A stretch of DNA of 64,000 bases from Sedimentisphaerales bacterium (GTDB taxonomy: Bacteria; Planctomycetota; Phycisphaerae; Sedimentisphaerales; Anaerobacaceae): assembly GCA_963708075.1 (NCBI GenBank), contig OY970194.1, forward strand, positions 5,024,001 through 5,088,000, in the 5' to 3' direction. Below, in pieces: positions 10,043 through 21,425 of the stretch (position 1 is the first letter of the stretch; each line of letters starts with the position of its first letter). The position numbers and the translations under genes were made by a program. A model generated the notes under the pieces. The model ran no database searches and was not told the origin of the DNA. It was given only the letters and a program-made list of their open reading frames with translations.

Positions 10043-11327
10043 CTACGATCCTTTGACAAGGTGCGCGATGTCCTCGATCTGCCGAGCCAACGTTCCCCGG
10101 ATCTGCTCCAGAGATTGCCGCATCGAGGCGCAGGTTCTCGAAGATCCCGAGGACCTTTGTTGAAGCGGCGTCCTCGCCCATCGCGTCCATGTCTATGATA
10201 TAGTCCTCGCACCGGCACATCTCGCCGATGATTCCGTGCGTCCTCGTATCCTGGCGGTTCGTCAGCGCGACAAAAGGCGTGCCGACAGAGACGCCGCCGA
10301 TCAGCGAATGCGTCCGCTCCCCCATCAGGAAATCGCACTCGCGGATGATGCTTTTGAGCAATCGCGGGCCGCAATCTTGTTCCAGGATCAGAGAGCCGTC
10401 CGGCCGAGACTTCATCTGCTCAACCACGTGCCGGGCGGCAACCACATCGCTGCCGTCCTGCTCCAGCGAGTGAGGCAGGAACAGGAGAAACGCATGGTGC
10501 CTCTCGACCAGAGGGTCGAGAATCGCGGCAAGGTATCTTGCGTGGGCCTGCTGCTTCGCTTGTCCCTGCAGGTCGGGTCGAAAACCGGCGTATACTCTGC
10601 CTTTCTCCAAAGCCGTCACGGCGACGACCGGCCTGCCACTCTCCCTCGCCCGGCGGTAGAGCTCCTGTGATTCAAGAACCTCGCGAGCTTCTTGCGGCTC
10701 GGCCGGCCGCATCGCAAACGCCGGGTCGGGACCGACCACAAGCTTGCCAGGGTCACGGCAGACCTGTGCCATGCTGTCCCGCGAGTGTCTCTCGCGAAAT
10801 ACGCAGAAGTCACTTTCCTCCATCGTACGTCGGTACAGGGCCGCTTTGTAGAACCGCCCGCCGGCGATGCCTGTACTGGCGCCGAGGATGCCTGACCTTT
10901 TGCCATGCCGCTTGGCCAGGTGAATGATTCCGCACGACTCGACGCCAAAGACGCCGTCATGGCCGACAAGGACGTACTCGGCCCGACTGAAGAACTCCTG
11001 CAGCGGCCGACATTGCCCGGCCCCGCTGGCCGTCAGATTCTTCAGCCGCCCATAGACTCTCAGTTGAAGCTGTGCGGCGATGGCCGCTTGCATGAGGATT
11101 CGCCCCCGGCGCGACAGCCGGGAATTGCCCTCAAACCTGAACAGCCACTGCCTCGGGAAGATAGTGATGTTGCCGTGCTGTGTCACCATCTCGACGTTGT
11201 CGAACAATCCCAGCGAGACAGGACGGCCTTGTGAAAGCATATCCTCGATCCCGCGAACGATGGCCTCTTCGCCCTTGTTCGCAATCGGCACGTAATCAGC
11301 AATCAGAATGTGCAACGCATCAGCCAC
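10043..11327 (-). CDS. Polysaccharide pyruvyl transferase family protein (WcaK-like), probable 1-nt indel near 10131
   Basis: NKGEEAI, FRE, PDPAF and GERTHSLI motifs. Removing one base near 10131 gives a plausible helical C-terminus (...NRASMRQSLEQIRGTLARQIEDIAHLVKGS*) ending at 10043. Confidence 0.8.
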
Positions 11328-11353
11328 AGATTTGTGTCACCCGTATCAAGGTT

Positions 11354-11433
11354 GGGTGCCATGCTTACGCTTGCGTAAGCATGCCTTTGCTTCGTATATG
11401 ACGCATGTCTACGCAAGCGTAGACATGGCACCC
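11354..11433. repeat. Family A palindromic repeat
   Basis: Same arms as 1403-1482. Confidence 0.9.
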
Positions 11434-11457
11434 CGGTTCATGTCCGGCCGCCATCAC

Positions 11458-13041
11458 TCACTGAGCCGGAATGTGGACGCTCTCCGCGGCAGGCTTCCCT
11501 CGGCCGCGACGAAAGACGCGCAGCAGGCGCTGCCGTTCGGTGTGGTCCAGGCTCAGGAACCAACTGAAGACTACCGTGGCCGTGCCGGTGACGGCGACAA
11601 CGGCGAAAATCTCACGCCACGAGTCCGGCGGCGACAGATACTTCCACAAGGCGATGATCGCCACGCCGGGCAGACCTCCCAGAATCGCCGGCCACCACAC
11701 GTGCGTGATACTGTCCCACGCCGAGATCTTCATCTTGTGATTGAAGTAGATTGGAATGACAATGCCGGCCACCAGGACCATGGGGATGAGATTGCTCCAG
11801 GCGATGCCCTCGAGCCCAAGATCGAACACCTTCACGGCGACGATGGCGCTGGAGACGCACAGGAGCGCCTCGACAGCCGTCAGGATTCCGAAGACCTTGT
11901 GCTCGCCCCGGCCGGCCAGGACCAGGAAGTTGCTGTGTTGACTCAGGATGAAGAAGTAGCCCACCGTCAGAATGGCCAGGACGGTCGCCATGGTGTGCAG
12001 AGTCGCCGGGTCCTTGATTTCCGCGCCCACCCAGACCGTCAGGAACTGGCGGCCCATCACGATCAGGAAACAGGCAGCGGGGATAATCACGAGCAGGCTG
12101 TACTTCTGCGTCAGGAAGGCAATCTGGCGGACCCGTGAGTGGTCGTCGCGGGCATCGAGGTCGCTGACCGCCGGCTTGATCGCCGCGGTGAACGCCTGGA
12201 GGAACTCGGACATCAGCAGCAGGCCCGCGGCCGCCGTGTACAGCTCGGCCACCTCGGATGTCCCCAGGAAGATACCGGTGATCGTGGCGCTGGCCCGGTA
12301 GATAATCAGGGCCCCCATCGCGTACAGGAACGTGTTCATGCCGTAGAAGAGCATCTCCTTCAGCAGCACGCCATCCACGTTGCGCCAGGAGATGTAACCG
12401 GCGGGCAGCAATCGCCGCGCGAGGATGTGCTGCACGCCGCGGGCGACGATCTCGCTGATGCCGTAGATGAGCCCCAGGGTGATCAGGCCGTAGCCGCGAA
12501 GCAGCAGGACGACGGTCAGCACCGTTCTAATGGTCAGGACCACGACGGTCGTGATGCTGACCATGTCATACCGCTGCAGTCCGCTGAGCACGGCCGTCGT
12601 CAGTTGCAACGGGGTTGAAGCTGCAAAGCCTATCCCGACAACGAGCGTGAGCACGCTGGCCGTCCGGACCAGCTCAGGTTCGATCGTGAACCAGTCGCCG
12701 ATCTTCACCGCGAACAAGATGCTCAGGAGCACCAGCACCACGCCGATGATCGTGAAGAAGAACAGGGCTGTGCTGACGACCTTGCGAATGCCCTCCTCGT
12801 CATCCTTCGCGTAGTACATCGGGATTCGGCGGTTGATCGCGCTATTGAGTCCCAGTCCGAGCAGGGTCCGGTAGCGGAAAAGATCGCCGATCAGCACCCA
12901 GACGCCGTAACGGGCTTTCCCCAAGTGGCCCAGGAAGAATCCGATCAGCAGAAACCCGATGATCGCGTTGCTCATCAGCATCAGCAGGTTGAAGAACGTG
13001 TTGCGGACCAGCGCCCGCGATGTTGTGACTGTCTTGGCCAT
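11458..13041 (-). CDS. wzx: Polysaccharide flippase (Wzx/MOP family)
   Basis: About 14 TM segments, N-terminal RNTFFN...LGKARYGVW pattern, cluster context. Confidence 0.82.
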   Translation of the reverse strand: MAKTVTTSRALVRNTFFNLLMLMSNAIIGFLLIGFFLGHLGKARYGVWVLIGDLFRYRTLLGLGLNSAINRRIPMYYAKDDEEGIRKVVSTALFFFTIIGVVLVLLSILFAVKIGDWFTIEPELVRTASVLTLVVGIGFAASTPLQLTTAVLSGLQRYDMVSITTVVVLTIRTVLTVVLLLRGYGLITLGLIYGISEIVARGVQHILARRLLPAGYISWRNVDGVLLKEMLFYGMNTFLYAMGALIIYRASATITGIFLGTSEVAELYTAAAGLLLMSEFLQAFTAAIKPAVSDLDARDDHSRVRQIAFLTQKYSLLVIIPAACFLIVMGRQFLTVWVGAEIKDPATLHTMATVLAILTVGYFFILSQHSNFLVLAGRGEHKVFGILTAVEALLCVSSAIVAVKVFDLGLEGIAWSNLIPMVLVAGIVIPIYFNHKMKISAWDSITHVWWPAILGGLPGVAIIALWKYLSPPDSWREIFAVVAVTGTATVVFSWFLSLDHTERQRLLRVFRRGRGKPAAESVHIPAQ

Positions 13042-13047
13042 ATCGTG

Positions 13048-13839
13048 CTACTTTGAATCCTTCGCGCACGCAGCGCACTTCCTTGCGATACAAAACAGGT
13101 TCGCCGATTCGAAGCGGCGGGCGTCCCAGGCAACGACGCGCCGGACGACAGCCTGCAACGGCCCGAGCCGCCCGACCGCCAGTTCCGCGCCCTTGAGAAT
13201 CCGCAGGAACAATCCGGCCCCGTCAAACTCGACGACGGAAAAGCCATTACGACTCAGCACCCTCTCCAGTTTGCGGCGGGAGAAATGCTCGTGCCATCGC
13301 TTCTTCGCGGAGACATCGCCGACCAGGCCGTCCGGATTCGCCAGGTATCGGCGCTCGTATTCCTCGCGGGAATGTTTGCGGCAGTAGAACCATTGGTGCA
13401 GCCGGGGGAAGCGAAACTTCAGGTTGCCCAAATCCAGGAACGAAAACACATGTTGCCCGGGAACGGTGACGATCAAGGTCCCTTCATCCTGTAAGACACG
13501 ATGCAACTCCGCGAGCAAGGCGTCAGGCTCATCCACGTGCTCCAGTACATCGAGCAGGCTGACCGAGGAAAACTCGCCCTTGCCGAACGGCAAAATTGCC
13601 TTCCCGTCGATGTGCATGATCTGCATCTCAGCGCATCTGGTCTTCGCCAGCCCGATGGCTTCCCGGCTGACATCTGCGCCGACCACCCGGCTGATCCCTT
13701 TACCCGCGAGCCCGACAAGGAACCGTCCATCGCCGCACCCGTAGTCCAGGTGAGTCCCTCCGCCCGCAGGCACACGCTGCCACGCAAAGCCGTAGCGATC
13801 CCAGCCAAATGGGTTGTCCGCCGCAATCCTGGTATGCAT
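13048..13839 (-). CDS. Class I SAM-dependent methyltransferase
   Basis: LDYGCGDG, DVLEHV and LHRVL...G.L..TVP motifs. Confidence 0.88.
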   Translation of the reverse strand: MHTRIAADNPFGWDRYGFAWQRVPAGGGTHLDYGCGDGRFLVGLAGKGISRVVGADVSREAIGLAKTRCAEMQIMHIDGKAILPFGKGEFSSVSLLDVLEHVDEPDALLAELHRVLQDEGTLIVTVPGQHVFSFLDLGNLKFRFPRLHQWFYCRKHSREEYERRYLANPDGLVGDVSAKKRWHEHFSRRKLERVLSRNGFSVVEFDGAGLFLRILKGAELAVGRLGPLQAVVRRVVAWDARRFESANLFCIARKCAACAKDSK

Positions 13840-13846
13840 AAGCCGC

Positions 13847-15376
13847 TTATCCGTTCGAGGACGGCACTTTGGCGATTTTCCACAGGACGCCTGTCTTGAT
13901 CAATTCGCACTTTTCGAGCGCGAACGGCGGACAGTATCCAGGTCGATTTGACGTTACATACACAGGATGTGTTCCGACGAGTTGCTCCAGAGCCTTCAGA
14001 TTGTAGGGTGGGGCGCCATGGCTGCTGACAATGCCCGTGACGATTTTGACATCCGGCCGCAGGCCTTTGACCTCCTGCACGTACAGAAGCGGGCCTACGG
14101 TCGTCGTATCCGCCAGGATGATCGCGTCAGGCTCAACACCAGTCAGGGCCTCCGTGGCGAAACGGTCCGCCCCGGTGTCCCCCGTCTTCCACGGCTCCAG
14201 GAAGAACTCGTAGTCGTTTCGATATGCCAGATCGCCTCGCGTCCCGATGCGCAGATTCATTCGCTCGGCCATCGCCGGTGCCGCGACATAGACTAAGACC
14301 GGCAGCAGCACACAGAATGCGATCGCGTGTGCAACCGCCCTGTGCCTCGCATGGACCTCTTGCACGCCAAGACCGATCAGGATTGCGACGACGACGTAAA
14401 ACGGGATGAAGAACGCGTAACGGTCTGCGACCGTGTATCGGGACGCGAAAAGGAAGAACAGGACAAGGAGTGCGATGAGCACGTTGCGAAAGGCCCGCGC
14501 GTGGGCGGTCCTGCATAGAGCGTAGCCGCCGACGAAGAACAGCAAGGCGTTCGGCGTCGGGAAATTCAGCGTAAGGAAAAGAGCGTTCTCCTTGACGCTC
14601 TTCCACGACAGGCTGGTGTTGAGGACGTCGCCCCGCCAGCGATCCGCAAAGGCCGCCGAGGCCAGCGTGCCTGCGACGTCGCCGCTATGCACGATGTTCT
14701 TGATGATCAGATACTCGTAGGGCAGCGCACCCAGAATCCACAGGCCGGCGATGACGGCAACGTCTCTTCCGCGAATCGCTCTTCTCGCCAGGAGGATAAC
14801 GACAAGCGCCGCATAGCAGACACACGCGATGGACGCGAGCATATGCACGGCGATGGCCAGCCCGTTCAGCAGGCCGAGCAGGTACAGATAACTCACCCTC
14901 CCGGTCCTCGTGTACTGGAGGAGCATGATCAGCTCGGCGAGGAACAGGGCCGTCCACAGCATGTAAGTCTCCGCGATGCTCGCGTGCTGCCAGACGGTGT
15001 GCGAGACGGCGAGCGTCACGGCGGCGATCATTGCCGGGAAGTCCGAGCCGAGCCACAGCCGCACCAGCAGGTACAGATTCGCCACAGCCACTGCCGCCGC
15101 CAGCGCCGAGACGAGATTCACCCGATGAGCGATCTCACCGAGTGGCACCAGCTTGGCCCCGATGGCGACGATGTAGTACAGCGGGTGCGAGATCGCCAGG
15201 CCGAGGAAGCCCTCGATGTCGTTGTGCCACACGCGGTATTGGATCAGCCCGCTATCCTGCCATAGCACCCCCGGCGCACAACTGACTGCATACAGCGCCC
15301 CTGCGACAAGGAGAATCGCAAGGTATCTGACGGGAATAGATGATAGCCTCTGCAATGGAAAACCTTGTAGCTGCAA
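13847..15376 (-). CDS. DUF2723 (TMEM260-like, GT-C) membrane protein
   Basis: WQDSG...GLAISHPLY, RVNLVSA and WQHASIAETY motifs. Multi-TM. Confidence 0.75.
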   Translation of the reverse strand: MQLQGFPLQRLSSIPVRYLAILLVAGALYAVSCAPGVLWQDSGLIQYRVWHNDIEGFLGLAISHPLYYIVAIGAKLVPLGEIAHRVNLVSALAAAVAVANLYLLVRLWLGSDFPAMIAAVTLAVSHTVWQHASIAETYMLWTALFLAELIMLLQYTRTGRVSYLYLLGLLNGLAIAVHMLASIACVCYAALVVILLARRAIRGRDVAVIAGLWILGALPYEYLIIKNIVHSGDVAGTLASAAFADRWRGDVLNTSLSWKSVKENALFLTLNFPTPNALLFFVGGYALCRTAHARAFRNVLIALLVLFFLFASRYTVADRYAFFIPFYVVVAILIGLGVQEVHARHRAVAHAIAFCVLLPVLVYVAAPAMAERMNLRIGTRGDLAYRNDYEFFLEPWKTGDTGADRFATEALTGVEPDAIILADTTTVGPLLYVQEVKGLRPDVKIVTGIVSSHGAPPYNLKALEQLVGTHPVYVTSNRPGYCPPFALEKCELIKTGVLWKIAKVPSSNG

Positions 15377-15387
15377 GGCGCCGTGAC

Positions 15388-15466
15388 GGGTGCCATGTCT
15401 ACGCTCGCGTAGACATGCCGACGCCGATGATCAGAACATGCTTACGCAAGCATAAGCATGGCACCC
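15388..15466. repeat. Family A palindromic repeat
   Basis: Same arms as 8609-8685. Confidence 0.9.
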
Positions 15467-15487
15467 AATTCCTGGGTGGTCGCTATT

Positions 15488-18400
15488 CTAACAGACCGTC
15501 ACGACCAGGCCTTCAGTGCTCACGTTGAAGTCGAAGAAGCGGGCGCGATCGTTCGGCGGGTGAGTGTCGAGCAACTGCCGCACCGCGGCTGCGTCCTGCG
15601 GCGACTTGCAGATCATGAGCATGAAGCCGCCGCCGCCGGCGCCGAGGAGCTTGCCGCCGTGGATGTGCGGCCGGACACGGGCGAAGAGCGCCTCGATCTC
15701 GTCGTTGCTGCTGTTGGGGTCCAGCCGCTTGTTCAACTGCCACGCCACGTCCATGAGATACCCGAACCGCTCGATGTCTTTGCGGATGAATGCGTCCATG
15801 ACCTCGCGAGCGACGGCCCCGATCTGCCGCAGCGTTGCCATCGCCGACCGGTCGCGATCGAGGTATCGCCCCACCACCTGGTGCAGGATGTTCTTCGCCA
15901 GGCGGGTGATCCCGGTATAGTAGAGCAACGTTTGGCCGCCGTTGGTGCCCGGGTCGAGGATGTCCGAAGGCAGGTAATGGATGTGGGCGTCCGGGACCAT
16001 GCCAGGCTCGGTGACGATCATCTTGACGCCGTCCACGACGCCGCCGATCTGGTCCTGCCAGCCGCCGCCTGTGGTCAGGGCCTGCTCGAGACGCAGCACG
16101 CTGTGGAATAGCTCCCGCGGCGACAACTGCCTGCCCATCGCACGGCCCAGCGCCGCCACGATCACGGCCCCCATGATGCTGGAGGTTCCCAGTCCGCTTC
16201 CCTTGGGGATGGCGGCGAGCGTGGTCAGCTCGATGCCGCCGCCGAAAGCCTGGAGCGCTTTCTTCAGCGTTCGTTTGCGTCCTGCGGCGTTTGACGTCAG
16301 GCCGGACAGCACCATCGCCGCCTTGGCCAGCGCGAAGCTGCCCGTTGCCTGGCGGTAATCCATCAGGTTCTCGAAGTCCCGTACCTCGATTCGCACGCCC
16401 AGGTCGATGGAGCCGATGCGGATGAGCGGCTCATCGATCACTCGCAGGTACGCCTGGATCGGGGGCTGGCCGTTCAGATTTACAGCCGCGTTCGTCACGC
16501 ACCCGCCCCACTCCAGCGAGTACGGCGGCGTGTCCGTCCACCCGCCACCCATGTCCAGCCGGGCCGGCGCACGCGCCCAGACAATTTCGTCGCTTCGCAA
16601 TACGCTCCGCGGCGCAGCCTCCTCCCCGGTTCCGCTGGCGACAATCGTACGTTCCAGGCCGTGGAAGGCTGCTTCCTGCATCGCGCGGCACCACTGGGCC
16701 AGTGTTACCCCGCCCTCCGGCGCAAGACCTGACAATATGAGCCGACGGCGGACGCCCGGATCGAGCCTCTCGCCGAAGCCGGGCAGCGCTTTCGTCACGA
16801 GCCTGCGGTCGCCTCGTGAGGCGGCGGCGATCGCCGAGCCGAGTGTATGGATGACGCGAGGAAAAGCGAGGTCCGCCCCGCCTTCGCAATTGCGACATGC
16901 GTGCTTGACAACCTCGGCAATCCACGCCTGCGGGTCGTTATCGCGACGCATGAGCCAGGCCAGCTCGCGCGCCGATAGGCTACTGTCGGGTCGAAAGGCC
17001 AGTTGCAGAGACCCTCGCAAGAGTCTCGCACGAATCTCGCTTCGACGATCATAGAAGCTCTCCGGGTCAGCCATCGCCAGGATTTGCTCGAGGCTGTAGC
17101 GGGCCACTGAGCGCCAGGCGCTTCGCTGGACATCAGATGCATTCAACGGATCGAACATCCAGAGCCATTGTCGGTACTGGCTATGCTCTTTCACCGCCGG
17201 GAAGAGCCGGGCATTCCAGATCGTGCGGTTTGCAGAGCCGACCGCATCATCCCAGACGTCCTCCGGCCGGGCGCCGATCGCCGTCAGCCAGGCGGACAAG
17301 TCCTGCCCGCAGAACACGGCCCCGTTGTCCACAGCCCCCTTGAATGTGTCGTCGACGCCGTAGCATCGGACAAACCACAGGCCCCCGCCTCTCGCGTTGC
17401 GCCCGCGGATCACGTCGAGGCACATCCCGGCGGGCAGCGAGAGCGGCTCATCCACATCGATGCCGACCACGACGTTCTCGCCGCCCAGCGTCAACGACGA
17501 GCGGATGCGACAGCCTTCGACCCAGCTTGCCGAGCCATGCACCGCGCCGCCGCAGGTCACTTCATTGTTGATGTCCAGATGAGCCTGCAGGTGCGAAACA
17601 CCTCGGTCCTCCTGGAGCAGCCGGGTGCCGCTGTTGATCAGGGACCGATTCATGCCGAAGTCGAGGAAGTCACAGCGTTCGAGCAACTGCACGTTGAACG
17701 GGATGGCAGACAGGGGCGTGAACAACTTCCCGAGCATCGCCGGTGCCCATTTCGAGCCGCTCTGTTGCGCGGATCGAATGTAGTGAGCCAGGCTTGCCTG
17801 CCGGCCCATGGCACAGCAAACTTCCCGATAGAAGTCGAGGCCGTGTTGCATGATCGCGCGTCCGCGCGGTCCGCCGAGGCTCAGGCGGCCATTCTTATCC
17901 GCGCGGCGCCGAAAAGTCGCAGCAGGCGCACGGCCGTGCCCGCATCGAAATGCATCACGCCGATATCCAGGCAGGATTGCCCGTACGCGTCGATTGCACC
18001 TTGTGCCTTCTGCTCTTTGATGGAGGGCTTCTGGAGGAACAGCCGGACTTCGTCGTCCTGCCCACAGCAGAATACGCCATGCCGGCTCGCTTGCTCGGGA
18101 TGGGCGTAGCATGCGAGTCCCGTGACACCCTCGCGGGCGAATCGGACCGCCGCCGGATCGAATCGCAGCAGGACATCGCCGGAGGTGATCACGACCTGTC
18201 CCCGACCCGCCGTCGGCTGCGGCAGGGCCAGATAGGTGGGCAACTGGCGGTCGAACAGGCTCAGGCACACGGCACTGTCGTTCTCGCCGGGCACGGGGAT
18301 GAAGATCTTGCCGCAGGGCCCGTAGGCAGGCATCCGGCGAGAGTCACCGCCGGCGTGGATGATCAGGATGCGAAGCTCCCCGAGCACTTGCTCCCACGCC

Positions 18401-18645
18401 GCGGGACGTGAGCGGCGGGCCTGTCGACCCAAGCGCCGGCGCAGAACTTCCAGCAGGCAAACGAGCGTACTGCCGCCGCTGCCGACCCGCTTACCGCCGG
18501 GATCGGGGACGACAATCACCTCTCGAACGTCGCCGAGCAAGCCCAGCTCGCAGCGAACGCCGAGCTGTGTCTCATACGCTCGGGCCTGCCGCTCATTCGA
18601 GGCCGTGACAATCAGGTAATCCCACGAGCGAGTTCCCGCAGGCAT
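15488..18645 (-). CDS. fkp: Bifunctional L-fucokinase/GDP-L-fucose pyrophosphorylase (Fkp-like), split by a frameshift near 17900
   Basis: N-terminal part: WDYLIVTA, PDPGGKRVGSGGST, HAGGDSRR, HGVF, FLQKPS. C-terminal GHMP kinase: PARLDMGGGWTDTPP, PKGSGLGTSSI, TTGGGWQDQIGG, GAGGGG. Confidence 0.85.
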
Positions 18646-18673
18646 CTCATTTCCTTTCATCCGCAACGGCCCT

Positions 18674-18905
18674 CTTTAGGTCCTTTAGGTCCTTGAGGTC
18701 CTTTTCGTCCTTTAGGTCCTTTCTGATATCGAAGGACCTAAGAGGCTCTAACAGAATGAGCCTTGCTATGTCACCCCCGCGCAGGCGGGGGTCCAGGATC
18801 GTTCGATAGGCGGCTGGATTCCCGCCTTCGCGGGAATGACATGTGGGCGACCTTGCCATATCTTCATTGTGTTGGAGACCCTAAAAGACCTCAAGGACCT
18901 AAAGG
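18674..18905. repeat. Composite repeat: 9-mer (CTTTAGGTC)n array, central palindrome at 18768-18842, then inverted 9-mer array
   Basis: ctttaggtc/cttgaggtc units at 18674-18723. ATGTCACCCCCGCGCAGGCGGGGGTCC...GGATTCCCGCCTTCGCGGGAATGACAT in the middle. gacctcaag/gacctaaag units at 18877-18905. Confidence 0.8.
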
Positions 18906-19866
18906 CTGCGATAGTAATCGATGATGCCCCGCAGAGTCTCGTTGAGGCTGGTCTTTGGCTGCCAGCCGATAGCTTCTTTGATTCGTGCGGTGCTCGGGAC
19001 GCGGCGCATCATGTCCTCGATGGGCCGGCCGTAGGCGACGACGTAGGGCACGAGCTGCTTGGCGCTGCGGCTGCCTGTCAGCTCGATAATTTTGTCCGCC
19101 AACGCTTCCATGCTGATTTCTTCCGTGGACCCGATATTGAAGACCCTGCCGGCCGCCGCCTCGCAGTCCATCAGGGCGATGATTGCGTCCACGAGGTCTT
19201 CGATGCAGCAGAAGCAGCGGGTCTGTGCGCCGGTGCCGTAAATCTGAAGAGGCTCATTCTTCAACGCCCACTGCACAAAGCGGGGTACGACCATGCCGTA
19301 GCGGCCGGTCTGCGCGGGCCGATCGTGTTGAAGAATCGTCCTGTGACGACCTGCAGGCCGTACTGCTGGTGGAACGCCTGGCCGAGGAACTCGTCGATGG
19401 CCTTGCTGCAGGCGTAGGCCCAGCGGGAAAAGGCCGTGCCGCCAAGCACGAAATCATCGTCCTCGTGGAACGGAACGTTCTCGCTCTTGCCGTACACCTC
19501 GCTGCTCGACGCCAGCAGGATCCTGCGTCCGAACTTGTTCGCCGCCTCCAGGACGATCTCTGTGCCGGCGATATTCGTCTCGATGGTGTGGACGGGTGCA
19601 TCGGCGATCAGTTGCACGCCGACCGCCGCCGCCAAGTGGAAGACGGCCTCGCACCGCGAGGTCAGCAGTTGCACCAGGGTCGAGTCCCGGATATCGCCCT
19701 TGACGAACTGCAGCCTCGGATTGGACCGGAAGGTCTCGAGATTCTTGAGACTGCCCGTGCTGAGATTGTCGAGGATGATGACCTCGGCGCCATCTGCGAG
19801 CAGCCGCTCCGCCAGATGCGAGCCGATGAACCCCGCCCCGCCCGTAATCAGTGCCGTCATACCCAT
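18899..19866 (-). CDS. NAD-dependent nucleotide-sugar epimerase/dehydratase, frameshift near 19313
   Basis: TGGAGFIGSHL, SSSEVYG and YACSK motifs. One added base restores GPRQTGRYGMVVPRF and joins the two ORFs. Confidence 0.88.
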
Positions 19867-19879
19867 GTGAGTCCCTTTG

Positions 19880-19972
19880 GATTTACGATTTATGATTTAT
19901 GATTTTTGATTTGGCCACCCGATCCACGCCACGGATCATAAGTCATAAATCGCAAATCGTAAATCGTAGATC
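19880..19972. repeat. Inverted pair of heptamer arrays (GATTTAY)n / (RTAAATC)n
   Basis: gatttac-gatttat-gatttat-gattttt followed by taaatcgc-aaatcgt-aaatcgt-agatc. Confidence 0.75.
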
Positions 19973-20702
19973 GCCTACGGCGCACACTCCGTGCCCGTCG
20001 GCTGCGCAAAGCAAAACAGCCTCCCTGCCGAACCCGTCGCCCTGCCTCGCCCGTCCATTCCGGCACCGCAATGCCTGCATGGACACGCCCGGCCCGGGCT
20101 CCGCCATCCGTGGACAACCATTCTTGTACAACATAAGTATCGGAAAATAAAGAACATAGCCTTAGTCAAACCCCCCGCTGAGCGAGTGATCGCCACCCTG
20201 CTGTGCCTCAATCGCCGTCCCACGACAAATCCCGATAATAGCAGCCTTTCTGTCGCCGGAACCGCCTCCATGCTGGGTCACGCAGCCAGCCCGTTTGCCA
20301 CCGGGCTCCAGGAGGATGCCTGGGCCGCTCAAGCCGGTTTCCAATGGCCGCGGCACGATCTTTATAGGATGCACTCCAGTTGTACCATCGATCCAAGCCC
20401 GGGACCTGACGGACGGAAGGGTCAGCCGCTACCAGGGCCGGGGCTTGACGCTCTTCCTCCGAGGCACAGAGACTAAGGAGATTCCTTTCCGCTTTCTCTC
20501 TGTCCTCAGTTTCACGAAATCCTGTGGGACTATGGTCCTGCGGCGGCAAAATGGGTATACTGTGATAGTTCAGAGTGGATATTCCGGCGAAATCCGGAGC
20601 GGAGGACCGAAGACAGAGGACAGTACCGTCATCCGTCTTCCATCCTCCGACTGTGGGGGCATACAGACGACTATGGCAAGATTCAGCCAACAGACGGCTT
20701 CT

Positions 20703-21146
20703 ATGGAAGGCTCAACCGGCAAGACAACAGGCAGTCGCACGTGGAAAGACCCGACCGAGAACAACGACTCCTTTACTATTGAGGGCAGGCTCAAGAGCGT
20801 CCGCAATGCCGTCTATGGCGTTGGCTTGATGCTCAAGTCTCAGCACAACGCCTGGCTGCACGCCTTCGCTTCCGTGTGCATCCTCGTGACGGGAGGGCTG
20901 ATGCGCCTGTCGGCAGGGGAATGGTGCTGGATCGTCCTGGCCATCATGGCCGTCTGGACGGCCGAGGCGCTGAACACCGCGCTCGAATTCCTCGCCGATG
21001 CCGCTTCGCCGGAGTTCCATCCCCTGATCAAGAAGGCCAAGGACGTTGCCGCGGGCGGCGTGCTGATCTCGGCGCTCGGCTCCATCTGCATCGGCATCCT
21101 GGTCCTCGGCCCGCACCTGCTGGACTGGCTCACCCGCCTCCTGTGA
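20703..21146 (+). CDS. dgkA: Diacylglycerol/undecaprenol kinase family protein
   Basis: QHNAWLH, AEALNTALE and KKAKDVAAGGVL motifs. Start uncertain (20673 or 20703). Confidence 0.85.
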   Translation: MEGSTGKTTGSRTWKDPTENNDSFTIEGRLKSVRNAVYGVGLMLKSQHNAWLHAFASVCILVTGGLMRLSAGEWCWIVLAIMAVWTAEALNTALEFLADAASPEFHPLIKKAKDVAAGGVLISALGSICIGILVLGPHLLDWLTRLL

Positions 21147-21242
21147 CCTCGCATCGCGCAGGAAACACCTCTTTCACCTCGCCAGCGGCCCGCTATAATG
21201 GCGTCTGCGAATGAGTTCCCGGCAGCCCACCGCAATATGTCC

Positions 21243-21323
21243 GTGTGGCAGCGGCAAGGCCGAAGGCTTTGCCGATGGCGGATGGGCGAACCATCGGCAA
21301 GCGTGCGCGTGCCGCTGCCACCC
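21243..21323. repeat. Family C palindromic repeat
   Basis: GTGGCAGCGGCAAGGCCGAAGGCTTTGCCGATGG...CCATCGGCAAG...GCCGCTGCCACCC. Confidence 0.85.
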
Positions 21324-21425
21324 GTCGAAGACTTGTTTGTAGTGATGCCGTAAGGCGTTCTTCTTTCAATGCTCTTACGGGCACACTACAAACGGCCTGA
21401 TACCGAACATGTGGAGGACCCGAAG

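Noticed and set aside
18647..18859. Small ORF with KDLKDLK repeats (also 26423-26917)
   Set aside because: It is a translation of the 9-bp DNA microsatellite, with no other coding evidence.
20390..20450. JUMPstart/ops-like element ahead of the glycan cluster
   Set aside because: Only CTGGTAGC matches on the minus strand. There is no GGCGGTAG core.
20505..20522. parS site
   Set aside because: GTTTCACGAAAT is only a partial, non-palindromic match to TGTTTCACGTGAAACA.
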